Assembly: GCF_018350175.1 (NCBI RefSeq)
Contig: NC_058383.1
Span: 682,001-746,000 of the forward strand
Source: Felis catus
Lineage: Eukaryota
Reading direction: 5' to 3'
Length of the DNA: 64,000 bases
In this document: in pieces, positions 26,450-39,661 of the stretch
Position numbering within the stretch: position 1 is the stretch's first letter
How the letters are laid out: each line of letters begins with the position of its first letter
Position numbers and translations under genes: made by a program
Notes under the pieces: model-generated
What the model saw: the letters and a program-made list of their open reading frames with translations, nothing else
The model's database searches: none
What the model was told of the DNA's origin: nothing

Positions 26450-26760
26450 AGCTGTTGGGTTCCCAACCCCAGGACCTTAGACCGTAAGCTCATCTGCAGA
26501 CAGGGTCTTTGCGGATGTGATCATTAAAATGAGGTCACGGGGTGGGCCCTCAGGCAAGGTGACGTGTCCCCACGGAAAGAGAGAAGGCCGTGTGAGGGTG
26601 GATGCAGGTCGGGACGGGAGCACCGCAGGCTGACCCTGGGGGAGGCGTCTGGGGCAGGCCGGGCTCGCGCCCGCAGCCTCCAGGACCGAGTGTGGCCGCC
26701 TGGCCTGCGGTGCTTTGACCCGACGGCCCCGGCAGGCTGAGGCGGTGGCTACGGTGACCA
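26450..26760. mobile_element. MLT1-like LTR remnant
   Basis: agggtctttgcggatgtgatcattaaaatgaggtcac...gggtgggccct. Confidence 0.55.
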
Positions 26761-28001
26761 TGACTTGGCGAGGATACGAATCCCTCGTTGTCCAGTCGGA
26801 GGAAAGTGCTCAGTCTCAGCCCCCGACTGTGACAGGCCACCCTCCTCTTCCAGAGCCCGGTCCTCACCTGTCACCTCCTAGGGCAAGTGTGATCAGAGAA
26901 CCTTCCCGCCCCCTGCCCTTTGCCGGCCACCCCCGCCCCCAACGCGAGCTCACAGCCTCCTGACGACTCGCCCTGTCGCCAGAGCTCTCCCGCCCTGCCC
27001 GTCTGCTCCCACTGTCCCCTTCTTGCCAGGTGGCACCGCCATTCACTCAGGTCCACACCAGTGCCTCTTGCCCCGCTCCTACGTCCGCTCCGCTGGCCAG
27101 CCCTGAGCACTGAGCCACAACTGACAGCCGTGTTGCCTCCCCTCCGCCCCCCACTGGATGCTCAACCGTCTCCGGCCATCACCGCGTGTCCCCTGGGGGC
27201 CAACCGTCCCCCGGTGGAGAACCTCCTCTCCATCTCGCGCCGATGCCCGTCAGCCACACCTCCGAGACACATCGCCTGGCGGGCACCACTTGGGAGCAAC
27301 CCCAGCAAATGACTGCAGCCCTGACAGTGAGGGTCTGAGGCAAGGGAGGAGGCCGCAGGGACAGGCACGTCACCTGTGGGTGGGCCTGGTGGCCAACACT
27401 CACACCCACGGCACCGCTCCACAACCGTGACCTCAAGAGTAAGCAAAGTGGATGAGGGCCACAGGACTGTTGCACGTCAACTGGGAACGACAGCCTTTCA
27501 AATGAAAACTGCCCAAGCCGACTACGGTGGGCAGACCCACAGCCAAACTCTGTCAGCAGCGGGCACGTGAGCTGCCACGACAGGGCCACAGCCACCCAAC
27601 GGGGCCTCCTCCACCCAACAAAGCCGTAGCCACTCAACAATGCCATCTGGAATTTCCATAATCCCATTTCCAAAAACTGTACTCAACAAACAATGCCACA
27701 CACAGGGGGAAAAGGCCACGTACAAATGTGTTGGTGTGGCATTATTTTCAACTTTGAAGAAAACCACAAACAACTCAGTTGTCTCGTCATGAGGGACAGT
27801 GTCGAGAAAACTGCAACGTAGGGTCACACACCCAACCGAGTGAGGTCCGTGAAAAGCACAAGCACGCGATATAAAATGGCATCTATGACACGATAGCATG
27901 GGGAGAGGGGGCAACTGGGTGGAGGGGGGCCGCGTATGACTGTTACTCCTCCTTTCTGCTTCTGAACCTTTCAAACTTTCTTTGAAAGGTATGCATTACT
28001 T

Positions 28002-28720
28002 GGGGCACCTGGGTGGCTCAGTCAATCGAGCGTACGACTTCGGCTCAGGTCATGATCTCACAGTCCGTGAGTTTGAGCCTCGAGTCTGGCTCTGTGCTGA
28101 CGGCTCAGAGCCTGAAGCCTTGCTTCCGACTGATTCCCTGTCTCCCTCCGCCACTCGCACTGTGTCTCTCTCTCAAAAATAAACGTTAAAAAAAAATTGT
28201 TTTAAAGGTAGGCCTTACTCGAAAATGTTCAACAGGTTGTTTTAATTTTCTTAAGTTTGTTTATTTCGAGAGAGAGAGGACAAGAGTGGGACAGGAGCAG
28301 ATGGGAGGATAGAGAGTCCCAAACAGGCTCCATGCTCTCAGCACAGAACCTGATGAGGGGCCAGAACCCACGAACAGTGAGATCATGACCTGAGATCAAG
28401 AGTCAGATGACTGAGCCAACCAGGTGCCTCTAACAGACTGTTTTAAAGGAAAGAAAGGAATTCCTTTGGGTCGGGGCTAAGGGTCACAGGAGGCCCCATG
28501 GGGGGGGGGGGCTCAGAGAGGCTTAAGAGCAAACCTGAGCTTCCTCAGGTCATGATGTCACCGTTCATGAGTTCGAGCCCTGCATGGGGCTCTGCACGGA
28601 CAGCGTGGAGCCTGCTTGGGATTCATCTCTCCTTCTCTCTCTACCCCTGCCTGGTTTGCTCACTCTCTCCCCCCCTCTCTCAAAAAATAAGCATTTTAAA
28701 AAATTAAAAAAAAAAAAAAA
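28002..28720. mobile_element. Cluster of three diverged Can-SINEs: + (28002-28196), - (about 28240-28430), + 5'-truncated (about 28544-28720)
   Basis: SINE body motifs CTCAGGTCATGATCTC and GAGCCTG plus A/T tails in both orientations. Confidence 0.8.
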
Positions 28721-29223
28721 ACAGACCTGAGTCTGACCCCAGGGTTCTATCCACCCTGTGAGACTAGGGCAGGGACAGTTAAGTTAGGTTGTGAGCAAGG
28801 GGCCCAGAGGAGGACCCTCAGGTGCCCCCCGGAGAGGGTTCAGGGTGGGAAGCCAGAGGAAGGAGCCCGCCACGGAAGGGCAGGTCGCCAAGGGGCTCGG
28901 GAACCCCCTCCCGCTCGGAGCCCGTCCTCCCACCGATGGACCAGGAAGAGGTGAGGGAGACCGTTCATGGAGGAATGAGCCAGGGGGTGGCAGGGTCGCT
29001 CCTCAGAAGAGAGGCGTGGGTCATGTGCACTTCCCCACGCTGTATGCGCCTAAGGGGCGTTTCCCTCTGCGGGCGCCCACCTCCTCCCAGAGGCAGACTG
29101 CTGCAGAATCAAGTGTCACATGCACTTCAGACCTACGTCCTTTCATCCCAAATGTCAACGCACCCATAACGACACCCGGTCCCCGTCTCTGTCCCCCTAG
29201 TTGAAAACTCAGTGGGCCCCGAA

Positions 29224-29447
29224 GGGGCGCCTGGGGGCTCAATCGGTTGAGCGTCCGACTTCGGCTCAGGTCATGACCTCACGGTTCCTGGGTTGGAGCC
29301 GCTCGTCGGGCTCCGCGCTGACAGCTCGGAGCCTGGAGCCTGCCTCGGATCCTGCGTCTCCCTCTCTCTCTGCCCCTCTCCCACTTGGGCTCCTGCGCGC
29401 CCTCTCTCTCCCTCTCTCTCCCTCAAAAATAAATAAACGTGAAAAAA
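29224..29447 (+). mobile_element. Can-SINE about 260 bp downstream of the PRKAR1B first coding exon
   Basis: Head and tail; flanking repeat AGTGGGCCCCG. Confidence 0.88.
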
Positions 29448-29706
29448 GAAAACTGTGAGTGGGCCCCGTAGGCCATCTTCCCAGTCAGTTCTCCCCAAGG
29501 CGCTGTGCCTGGCAGACCCCGAACCGCTGGGAGGGCAGGGGGGCAGGGAGGTGGTGGCTGGGACCTCGGAGCAGGAGGATGAATCAGGTGAGGTCAGCCT
29601 CCCGGGCTGGGCCCTGGAAGAGCCGCGGGGCACTCTCCTGAGCTCGAGCTCCAGCAGGTGGGCCCAGCACCCCTGTGCGGGGAGGGGGACACCGGGCGGC
29701 ACTGAC

Positions 29707-29886
29707 CTTCTCCAGCTTCTCGAAGTGCTCCCGCAGGAACTTCATGGGCCTGTCCGGCTTGGACACACACAGGTGCACGATGCAGTCCTTCAGGACCTGC
29801 TGAACGCCATGCTTCTGCACATACAGCTCGCACCCCTTCAGGCTCTCGTCCTCCTCCACCGCCGGGCAAGAGGACGGGGACGCCAT
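29707..29886 (-). CDS. PRKAR1B: PRKAR1B first coding exon (dimerization/docking domain), 60 codons; the exon with 5' UTR spans 29707-29907
   Basis: Translates [60 protein letters not shown], matching the RI-beta N-terminus. Kozak GCCACCATGG; acceptor ttttcttccccag at 29908; donor AAG|GTCAGT at 29706; phase 0. Confidence 0.97.
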
Positions 29887-30399
29887 GGTGGCCCCACTTC
29901 TGGCCTCCTGGGGAAGAAAACCCGGGCCACTGTACACATGCCTCTGAAAGGCACCTGGGGTGTGTCGATGTCAAATCCAACAACCCCACGACGGGCGGAC
30001 GTGCCCCCCCCCCCAACTGTCATAGGTCTTCCTTTTCAGGGGCTGGATGAGTCGTCAACGCAAAGCCTTACCGCGAAGATCTTTGTGGGCATGGGGGAGG
30101 ATCAACCAGATTTTGTAGATGAGCAAACCCCCGGTCTCCCAGAAACCTGAAGGCGGAAAGTGGGGGCCCTGGGAACCTGAGTGGCGACCATCCCTCCCCC
30201 CTTTGTAGGGACAGCTGTGTGAACCGGGGAAATGAAGGGGTGCTGCTACGGGGTCGAGAAGCCTGCTTTGCAGGAACAGAAAGAAAACAAGGAAAACAGT
30301 TGAAAGCCAGCTGAGGGGCCTTCTGGAAGGATGGAACATGGGGAACAATAGCAGGGCCGCGCAGTTCTCAGCCCGGCGCTGGGGGCTAAGTCACAATGA

Positions 30400-31200
30400 C
30401 AGGTCAGGAACTGGGGCTGCACAGCTCCCGCCAGCCGCCCCCCCCCCCCCGCCAGCCTCGCGGGGACCCCAGGAAGGTGCCAAGGCTGCGCCCCACCCCC
30501 CCACCCCCCCCCACCCCCGGCAGGACCCTCTCGCCCCTCCCCCGCCTCTGCGCCCCCGGCCCTCCTCCAAGCCCTGCGCGCCCCCGGTCCCTGCGCCCCT
30601 TCCCCAGGCCCCACCTCCTCGGGCCCCCGCAACCCTTCCCCAGGCCCGGCGCCCCCGCCCTGAGCCCCCAGCCCGCGCGCCCCTCACGACGGCGCGACGG
30701 GCCCAGGTGCGGCCAAGGGGGCGGGGGCCCCGCGGCCGGCCCAGCCCACCCCTCAGCCCGCGCAGGCCGGGGGGCCCTACGCAGAACCCCGTCGCAGCCC
30801 CGCGTACCTGCCTGCGCGGCGCCCGAAGCCCGAGGCGGCTGCGCGCGGACGCGGGGACGGCGGGCGAGCGGGTCCCCGCACTGCAGCGGCACCGCCCTCC
30901 GCCCGCCCCCGCGCCGCGCCGACCCGCCCCCGGCTCCCGGCCGGCCCCCTCCCCCCCGCCCGCCCCCCCACCTCGTCTACTTCCGGCACCGCGGCGTGCC
31001 TCCCTCTGCCCGACCGAAGGCCTCTCCGCGCGGGTGTCCCCTCGCCCCTAACTTACCTCTGCACCCCCCCTCCTCCCTCCCCGCCTTGGCCAAGCCCGGG
31101 AGGGCTTCGAGTTGGACAAACCCACAGCCGGCCAGGACCACCGCCCTCCGCCGCCCACCGCCCACCGCCCACACCTCCTCACCCCCCTCCCCTGCACCCT
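30400..31200. promoter_or_regulatory. PRKAR1B: CpG island, probable proximal PRKAR1B promoter with non-coding first exon(s)
   Basis: Very high GC and CpG density 0.5-1.3 kb upstream of the first coding exon; GC boxes; ETS core CCGGAAGT on minus at 30979-30986; minus-strand donors at 30808, 30972 and 31057. Boundaries approximate. Confidence 0.8.
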
Positions 31201-31756
31201 GGTTGGCTGCAGCTGAGGCGGCATCAGGGTCATGGCCGGGCCCCCCACTGCTCACACCTGGCGTGTTCCATCTACACAGCCTGCAGCGTACTGGTTCCAG
31301 CAAGTGCACCCATTCTCGGGGTCGAGGGCTCCAAGTCAGGGCCAGAAGAGGGGGCCAGATGGGCCCAGACCTAGAGGTGAGCCGATTTCCTTCAGATGTC
31401 CCAGTGGGAAATCAGGGGGTCATCCTAATTTCTTCCCACCACCCTCCGGTGTCCACGAGGTTACCGAGGCCTGCAGAGTCCCCCCCCCCACCCCCCCCCC
31501 CCCCGTGACTTCCTAATCTGTAAACCCGGACCTGCAGAAAAGGGAACTGTCCTTGTTTTCCTGTTGTCCAAACCAGGCTTTGCCCCCATTCTGGCAGGGT
31601 GGGGGCGGAAACTCATCTCAGTCTGCTGGGGGACCCCACCCCTGCCACAGAGTGGTCCAGATACCAGGAGAAGGGACAGGGAACCCAGGCCTTGAAGGGA
31701 CAGAAGATGTTTGTGCCCCTCTCCCACACTCTCCTGTGCACAGTCACCCGTCCTCC

Positions 31757-31804
31757 GCTCACCTGTCCTCCCTGCTCACCTGTCCTCCCTGCTCACCTGT
31801 CCTC
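31757..31804. repeat. 17-bp tandem repeat x3 (GCTCACCTGTCCTCCCT)
   Basis: Two full units and one partial unit, plus a degenerate unit at 31743. Confidence 0.9.
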
Positions 31805-33216
31805 AGCACATCACAGCAAGGCCGGCCTCACCCGGTGCGCTCCCCCAGGAGGGCTGACGCTGGCCCCACTTTCTCTTGCCTACGTGAAGGTAAAGGAACA
31901 TGTCACACTCAGGTGGAGAAGCTAGGAGTTCCTTTCCGCTTCCCCAGCGCCTGCCCTCAATGTGGGGGGAGGTCAGGGGTCAGCTGGGCAGCCAACTGGA
32001 CAATCAGTAGCCGATGCGCTTACGTGAGGACAGCAGGAATGTCCCTCGCAGAGCTGGGGTGTGAAACCATGAGCACCCACAATGCTGACAGTCATGGGTA
32101 GGTCACCTCCCCCCGGGAAGTGATAAATCCTGGCTTCTTGTAGGGTGTCCAAGAGCCCCCGCCTTCCACTGGGAACAAACGGCTGGTATCAGGTCGCCCG
32201 TTCACAAGCCCCACAAATAGTGCTCGTCTGAGAACGTCCCCTCCACCCACAGGGAGGCCCCCCGCTACATGCTCAGCCCTACTGCGTTCCCCAGCAGAGG
32301 TTATCGACAATCCGAGCTCTGGGGGAGAGGGGGGGTATTTACCCCTAGAACTTGGGAGACCAAGCCTTGCAAAGACCCGACTTCAGAGCCACGTTCTTTC
32401 TCGAGCACCACCCCTGGGTCTGTCAGCTCCACTCTCCCGCCAGGATTCAACCACCGGAGTGTTTCTCCTGCAGGAACACTTCCCTGCGGTGCTGCCCCTG
32501 CACGGAGGTGGGCACCTGTGGGGGCAACGTGGACTCCCCTCGTGGGACTATGTGAATCTGCCTGCTTAATGCTGAGAGCTCAAATAGGACGGTGCTGTTT
32601 GTTCCCTCCTTTATTCAGTCTGCGGGGCAGATGGGTGCAGAAGGGAAAATGACTCCTTCGACCCTGGCCTCTGGAGACGTGGCGGGGCACCGTGGTCTGA
32701 CTTCCCCACAGGCACCGTGTCCTGGGCAGCGTGCAGAAGCCTTGAGGGCGGAGGATGTGGCTGACTGCTACTGAGCTGCTCGCTGGGGGACAGCTGGGTG
32801 CCAGAGCCTTCCTGGACAGGCCCTTGGGGGACAGCCGGGCGTCAGAACCTTCCTGGACAGGCCCTTACACCTCAAACGGGTGGACGTTTACTCGAGTGCA
32901 GCTTTTAGGTGAGGAGCTGGGACGGAGGCCGGGCGTGCAGGGAGCAGCAGGCAGCAGGGGCCAGTGACCGTGGCCCCCAGTGGTTATCATTCTTAGGGCC
33001 ACAGCAGTTCCTCGGGGAGGGCTCTAAGTCCCACCCTGAGCACACACAGGCAGGGGCCCTGTAGGGATGCAGAAGACGGGCCACAGGGGGAGAGGAGGCA
33101 GGAAGCATCCCCCAAACCCCGTACTTCTGAAGGAGCTGCATTCGGTGAGAGAGATTCCTTGGGAAGGAGGCAGCAGGAGAACGTTGCAGGAACAATGTTA
33201 TCCAGTTTTCAGCTTT

Positions 33217-33419
33217 ATTTTTCATGTTTGTTTAGTTTTGAGAGAGACAGAGCACGAGCCAGGGAGGGACAGAGAGAGGGGGAGACACAGAATGCGAAGC
33301 AGGCTCCAGGCTCTGAGCTGTCAGCACGGAGTTCGATGTGGGGCTCAAACCCGTGAATGGTGAGATCGTGACCTGAGCCGAAGTTGGACGCTCAACCGAC
33401 TGAGCCACCCAGGCGCTCC
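33217..33419 (-). mobile_element. Can-SINE
   Basis: Reverse head at 33419; TSD AGTTTTCAGCTTT. Confidence 0.9.
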
Positions 33420-33779
33420 TTGAGTTTTCAGCTTTTAAATGGCTCATGAGGTGGGTCTGGGATGCACAACTTCCTACGAGTTTTCTCACATGTCTGTGAA
33501 GTCTGATCACCCACGCTCCCTGGGGTGGCCCTGCTGTGTGACAGCCCACGCTTGGAAGCAGACACCCCGTGGGGCCTCCGGTGAGTACACAGACCACAGA
33601 CCCCAGGCCCACAGGGCCACGGGATAATCGGGTGTGTTGTTCAGTCAGTGCGTTTGCGGGGACTTTTTCCGTGGACAGCTGAGTCCCGGGCAGGGGGTGG
33701 GGGCCAGGGAGAAGAAGCCCAGCCTCACGTCCGGGTGGGTGCTGGACGAGAACGCAGCTACAGAAATGCCACAGACAGA

Positions 33780-34075
33780 ACGTCTGCGGCCCCCCAAACT
33801 CCTGTTCAAATCCTGACCCCCAGCGTGGGGTGCTAGGTCCTGGGCGGGACCCTCACGGCGAGCTCAGTGCCCTCACGAAAGAGACCCGGGGCACGCCCTC
33901 ACCCCCGCAGCCCGGCGAGGATGCAGTGACCAGACAGCCAGCAGCGGCCTGGCCGGAACCACAGGGGTTTCTTCCTCTCCACATCCAGCCTCCAGGGCCG
34001 TGAGGAATCAGTGTCTGCTGTTCACAAGCTGCCCGGCCTGTGATAATTTTGTCATAGCAGCCCGAGCAGACTCAG
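33780..34075. mobile_element. MaLR (MLT1/MST-like) LTR remnant
   Basis: ccagcctccagggccgtgagg...tctgctgttcacaagc...tttgtcatagcagcccgagcagact. Confidence 0.55.
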
Positions 34076-34079
34076 GAGG

Positions 34080-35540
34080 CGGGAATGTCCAGCAGAGTCA
34101 CATAGGAAGATACATTAAAAGATTATGAACAGGGTACAGGAAAGAACAGACGTTCAAGAATCAGAAAAAGGAATCCAGAAATAGACCCAAACCAATATTT
34201 ACAGGGACTCTGTACGTGATGAAGGTGGCATTGCATATTTGTGGGGATGACAATAACTTAATAGTTTGGGAAGAAGTAAAGTCAATTGGAAAAAAGTTAG
34301 GTTGGATCCCAGTGTCTCTCTTTGTATAGATAAACTTGAGATGGGTCAGATGATATACAAGCAACAGAAGTAACGTTTGGGAAATATTTTATCATCTCCA
34401 GACACAGGAAGCCTTGTTTTTTTTAACATTTATTTTTTATTTTTGAGAGAGAGAGAGCATGAGTAGGGGACAGGCAGAGAGAGAGAGGAGGAGAGAGAGA
34501 GAGCGGGGGGGTGAGGGGTTGCTGAGAGAGCGAGACACAGAAACTGAAGCAGGCTCCAGGCTCTGAGCTGTCAGCACAGAGCCTGACGTGGAGCTCGAAC
34601 CCACGAACCGTGAGATCATGACCTGGGCCAAAGTTGGACGCTCAACCGACTGAGCCACCCAGACGCCCTGTCACAGGAGGCCTTTCTAATCATACATCCA
34701 GGAGCTATAAATATGAAAATCGATAAACTCAACTCTGTAAAAATGAAAACCTGTGCGTAAAAAAACCCTCGCACATTCAAAATAAAAACAAAACACGCAA
34801 TAAATTCATGATACCCGTCACAAAGGGCCGATTTCCTCTGCTTGAAGACACCCCGTGCAGATTAACCTGTCGGGCCCACACAGGCCCTGCGGTCTGGCGA
34901 CTGCAGGTGGTGGGGGCATGGGAAACGGGCCCCCGTGCTTCTGGTGGGGGTGTGCACAGAGGGGCCTCTGCGCACACCCGTGGAAAATCGTTAAATACCC
35001 AGATCCCAGCGATCCTACCTCGCTAGGTTCATCAATCATCTGATAACAAATCAATACCGCAGTGACCATCCCGATGGGTGCGTTTTTCTGCACGTGGGTA
35101 AACGTATACCTTTCCGGGCGCACAGAAACTCCTGATAAGCAGAGTGGCAGGAAAAACCAAGTGTCCATCAACAGGATCTGACGAAACTCTGCGGCCCACG
35201 GGACCACGGGGCGCCGCACGACCGTTTAAAAAGCATGTGGTGGCCCTGAGTGTGCTAACGCTAACCCATCCCCACGGCGTGTTCCTGAGCAGAAACCAAA
35301 ACCACGGTGTGAAACTTGGCACGTGCGCTGCCAGCTGAGGGGTGGCCGTACGTGTGGGCGCGTGCGGATTCAGGCATGGCGCCTCCAGAGGGACACTGAA
35401 GGACACAGGCGGCCTCTGAGGCGAGCGGGGGCAGGAGCGCTTCTGTGTTCCATGTCCTCGAGTGCCATTCGAGCTGTGCACCAGATGCGTGTCTTAACCA
35501 TTCAAAAGTAATCGATTTTCTTTACATTAAATTTTTAAAA
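34080..35540 (+). mobile_element. Degraded LINE-1 fragment
   Basis: ccagaaatagacccaa and ggaaaaaccaagtgtccatcaacagga L1 motifs. Confidence 0.55.
34417..34668 (-). mobile_element. Can-SINE within L1 remnant
   Basis: Reverse head, (GA)n and T tail. Confidence 0.88.
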
Positions 35541-35619
35541 TCTTCCTGGAAAGAGGGAATTCAAAACACCTGTTATTTTCGCTTCCTCCACAAACCACAC
35601 TAAAATCACAATAAAGGCA

Positions 35620-35800
35620 TTTTTTTTTTTTATATTCATTTTTGAGAGAGAGCGCAAGCGGGTGAGGGGCACGGGGGGGCGGGCGGGCAGATCTGAAGCG
35701 GCTTCTGCACAGAGCCTAACAATGGGCTCAAGGTCACGAACTGTGAGATCATGACCTGACCAAGTCAGACGCCCAACTGGCTGAGCCACCCAGGTGCTCC
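35620..35800 (-). mobile_element. Diverged Can-SINE
   Basis: TGAGCCACCCAGGTGCTCC end, GAGATCATGACCTG body, poly-T. Confidence 0.8.
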
Positions 35801-38624
35801 AAGGGACTTTGTTGTAAAGGCGCAAAGCCCTGAGGATGGGGAGAACCCAGGGGAGACCCTCACAAAAGTCTGGGAGCCCAAATGAGGACGGGAGAGCTGT
35901 CGTCGACTTACTGAACTGTGAGCTGGCAGACAGAACCTGTCGAAGAGCCCGGTTCACACCACAGGCCTCCCCACCCCCACCCCCGCAGCCTCAGAGGTGG
36001 TCTCACCGGATCCCCTGGAAGGGAGAGCTGCCGGAGCTGGGGGAGAGTTGGCCTTGCGGCCCCGGAGGAGGAGGACGGTCTCTAGACTGGGGGTCCAGGA
36101 CGGCAGAGACCCAAACCAGGGCAGACCCCTGCCCCTCACCGGAACGCCGGAGGCCCCATCTTCGCCCTCCCCCGGCGCTGGTGGGTCTTCTCCGGAGAGC
36201 CTGACTCGAAGACACTGACACTAGCAGTTCCCCGGTGCCCAGCCTGACCAGCAGGGCCAAAAGCAGCGGCCCTCCCGCCACCACATGCACCCAACGTCCG
36301 ACAGCTGCCGAGCTTCCCTGAGGGCCTGTGTCGCTCAAGGGGTGAAGCCACACATCGGATGCTAGAAACTGCCCACCATCACACCAGTTAGGAAGCCAGA
36401 GTTGGCCAGGAGGAGAGCTGCCCCGCAGCGGGGCCCCAGCCTTCGAGGGGGCCCGTCCATCACGGGCCGGAGACCACTCCCAGCCTACGGACTTCCTAAC
36501 TCATGCGAGCCGGTGAGCGTTGGGACGGAGGCTACACCACGTTGACTTACTGGATCCTGGAGGTCTCAGCCGTCTGTGACCCTGTCCAAGCCAGAAATCA
36601 GAATGCCCTGGTCATCCCCCTGCCCCTCAGCCCCGAATCTGCTTCTGCAAAGTAACCCTGCCCCTGCCCACGTGCCCCACCGTCTCCCATCAGGCCGGTC
36701 CAGGGGCAAAGCCAGTGACACCTTCAAGCCAGCCAAGGTCCCCATCCCCCTCCCTCCCTCTGCTCCCAGGCCCTCGGACCAGCATTCCCTTCCTCTGTGC
36801 CTGAGTTCCTCCACCTCGGACCCCACTTCCAGAGTCTCTCCTGGGGGCGTCTACACCTCCGCCCTGCCCCCCGCTGCACGCGGCAGCTCCCCTCCCGGCT
36901 GTCGGCTCCGTGAGAAGCAACAGCATCTGCTTTGACTGCCTGCTGTGTCCTGATGCCCAGAAACGTCAAACAGCCCACGTGTGTTGGATGAGATCACGAA
37001 CGAATCAACCAAGCACGAATTATTTGCTAAAGTCAGTTTGTTATACTGGCTTAAATGACACGCTTTAAAACACGTGGCACAGGACACTGAACAAGCGAGG
37101 CTCCGCGAATAGACTTGGAAATCACGTTTTCCTTACCTCTTCCTGCCTCTTTAACTATTCAGTGGAGGCAGTCCCGTCTCTGCCCCGAGAGGCACGTGTG
37201 GACAGTGCCATCTCGTTCTGGCTCAAACGTAGGGTTTCAAAGTTCTAAGGTTACGCTGAGATATGAACCCAGCGTCAGTCAGCTCAGTCATCGTAATCGT
37301 CCAGGACCAGGAAGTGATGAAAACGCGAAACCAGACTGAGATTGGGAGCACGGCCTCCTCCAACGAGGCGCCCCTGCTGCGAGCAGTGGGGAAGGAGAGG
37401 GGTCCCTTAGCTCTGCCCCCCTCTCGCTCTCCCACCACCCTCCCCAGACTCCGTAACGGGGCCTGCCCCCTCCCGCATCGGAACAGCCTCTGGCATCTAG
37501 AATTCTCAGAAGAGGGCACACCACCGGCCACTGCGTCAGCCTCAGGGACCTCACAGAAGGGGAATCTACGCTGCGTGGCCTTCCGTGTCGGGCTCTCACC
37601 GAGCATCGTGTTTTCAGGGTTCAGCCACATGGTGGCCGGCGTCCGCACTTCATTCCTTCTGCAGCTCGACAGTACCCCACGGTTTATCCGTCACCCGTGA
37701 TGGACACTCGGGCTGCTTCCACCGCTCGGCTGCTGGGAGCACGGGCGTGCAGGGACCTGCCTGACCTGTGTCCACCTCTACAGGCTGTGTAACAGGACAC
37801 AGATGTAGTGGATCTTACGGGAGTCCCAGGTTTCGTTTTTTGAGGAGGCGCCAGACCATCTTCCACAGCGGCCCTCCACCAGCAGCGCCCAAGGTTCCGG
37901 TTTCTCGCGTCCTTGCCAATACGTGTTGTTTTCTGTTGTTGTTGTTTTAGTAACCGCCCCCCCCCCCCCCCCCGCCCAGGCGTGGAGACAGCTCGGCACG
38001 CTTCCTGCCACGTTCCAGGGACCAGGCGAGCTCGCAGGCCAGCTCAGATTCAACACGAGGCTGGATCCGTGTGCAGGCATGGGAGGAATGTCAGCAGCTG
38101 TCTTTGGAACCTGTCCTCTGCATCTCATGTGACATTTGCTAAGTGGGTATTTGTGGGTGTGCCTTCTATCCCTCATCTGCCAAGTTGTTGTCATGAACAG
38201 GTGTCATGTTTCATCACATGCTTTTTCTGCACCCACCAAGATGATCCCATGATTTTTTTTTTCTTCAGCTTTTTTTAATGTGGTAAATTACATTCATTTT
38301 TATGTTAAATTAACTTGCATTCCTGGAATAAGTTCAACCTGGTCACAATGTATTATTCTTTTTAAATTCTTGATTTCCAGACTGAGTTGGTTAATATTTA
38401 GGATTTTTACATCTGTATTCAATGAGACAGACTGATCTATGATATTCCTTTTGTGTAATGTCCCTGTCACCGTGTGGGATCAAGGTTATGATGCTGGCCT
38501 CATAAAATGGGTTTAGAGATGCTCCCTCTTCCTGGTGTCAAAGAGTCTAGGCCCAGAGTTATTTCCTAGTTAAATGTTTTGAAGTTAATAAAGACCTGTG
38601 CTTACAGCCATTACCGTGGGAAGC

Positions 38625-38838
38625 TTTTTATTTATTTTTTTAATGTTTATTTTTGAGAGAGAGAGAGAGAGAGTGTGTGAGCTGGGAAGGGGCAGAGAGG
38701 GAGACACACAATCCGAAACAGGCTCCAGGCTCTGAGCTGTCAGCACAGAGCCTGACACGAGGCTTGAACCCACCGACTGCGAGGTCATGACCTGAGCCGA
38801 AGTCACTCGCTTAACCGACTGAGCCACCCAGGCGCCCC
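38625..38838 (-). mobile_element. Can-SINE within L1 remnant
   Basis: Reverse head ending CCACCCAGGCGCCCC. Confidence 0.9.
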
Positions 38839-39435
38839 AATGCTTTTAAACCACAAAGTCAATTTCCTTACTAGGTACCAGACTCTCCTGCCTTCCTATT
38901 TCTTTTTGCATAAGTTTTAGTAAACCACATTTTCCTAGGAAGTCACCAATTCATCTACTTTGGGAGGAATAAAGTGATTCATATGCTCCTTGTAGTGTCT
39001 CTTTATCGCTCAGGACTTGTAGTGATAACCCCTTTCCACTGCATGTCGGTATTTTGTGCTGTCTCATTTTCTCCCCTTGTCAGTCTTAACAGAGGTTCAT
39101 CAACTTTCGTAGCCTCGTAAAAGAACAAACTCTTGGTTTTATTGATACTCTCCACTGTACGTTTTCCTACTTCATTACTTTCTGTTCTAACCTTTATTAT
39201 TCCTTTTCTTTTACCAGGTTCAGGTTTATCTACATATTTTGCTACTGGGGGGAAAAATCAACCTTCCGTACTCTACGTGGGCAAGAAGCGTAACGGAGAT
39301 ACCAGTAGAGTAACAACATCTGATCTCAGTCTGATTCCTGTTCCTTTGAAAGCAATCTGTTTTTTCTCTGGCAGTCCTCTCCACATTTGTCTTTGAGATT
39401 CTTAGATTCCATAGCCTGTCAATATGTGCACCTCC

Positions 39436-39661
39436 GGGGCGCCTGGGTGGCTCAGTCGGTTAAGCGTCCGACTTCGGCTCAGGTCACGATCTCCGAGTCC
39501 GTGGGTTCAAGCCCCGCGTCGGGCTCTGTGCTGACAGCTCAGAGCCTGGAGCCTGTTTCAGATTCCGTGTCTCCCTCTCTCTCTCTGATCCCCCCCCCCC
39601 ATTCAAGCTCTGTCTCTCTCTGTCTCAAAAATAAATAAACGTTAAAAAAAATTTAAAAAAA
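39436..39661 (+). mobile_element. Can-SINE
   Basis: Full-length; TSD AATATGTGC(A)CCTCC. Confidence 0.92.

Noticed and set aside
29887..29937. N-terminal extension of PRKAR1B suggested by the ORF track
   Set aside because: It begins at a non-ATG codon in the intron upstream of the acceptor; the ATG at 29886 has a strong Kozak context and matches the known start.
30338..31508. 237-aa and 370-aa Pro-rich ORFs
   Set aside because: CpG-island stop-codon depletion; low complexity.
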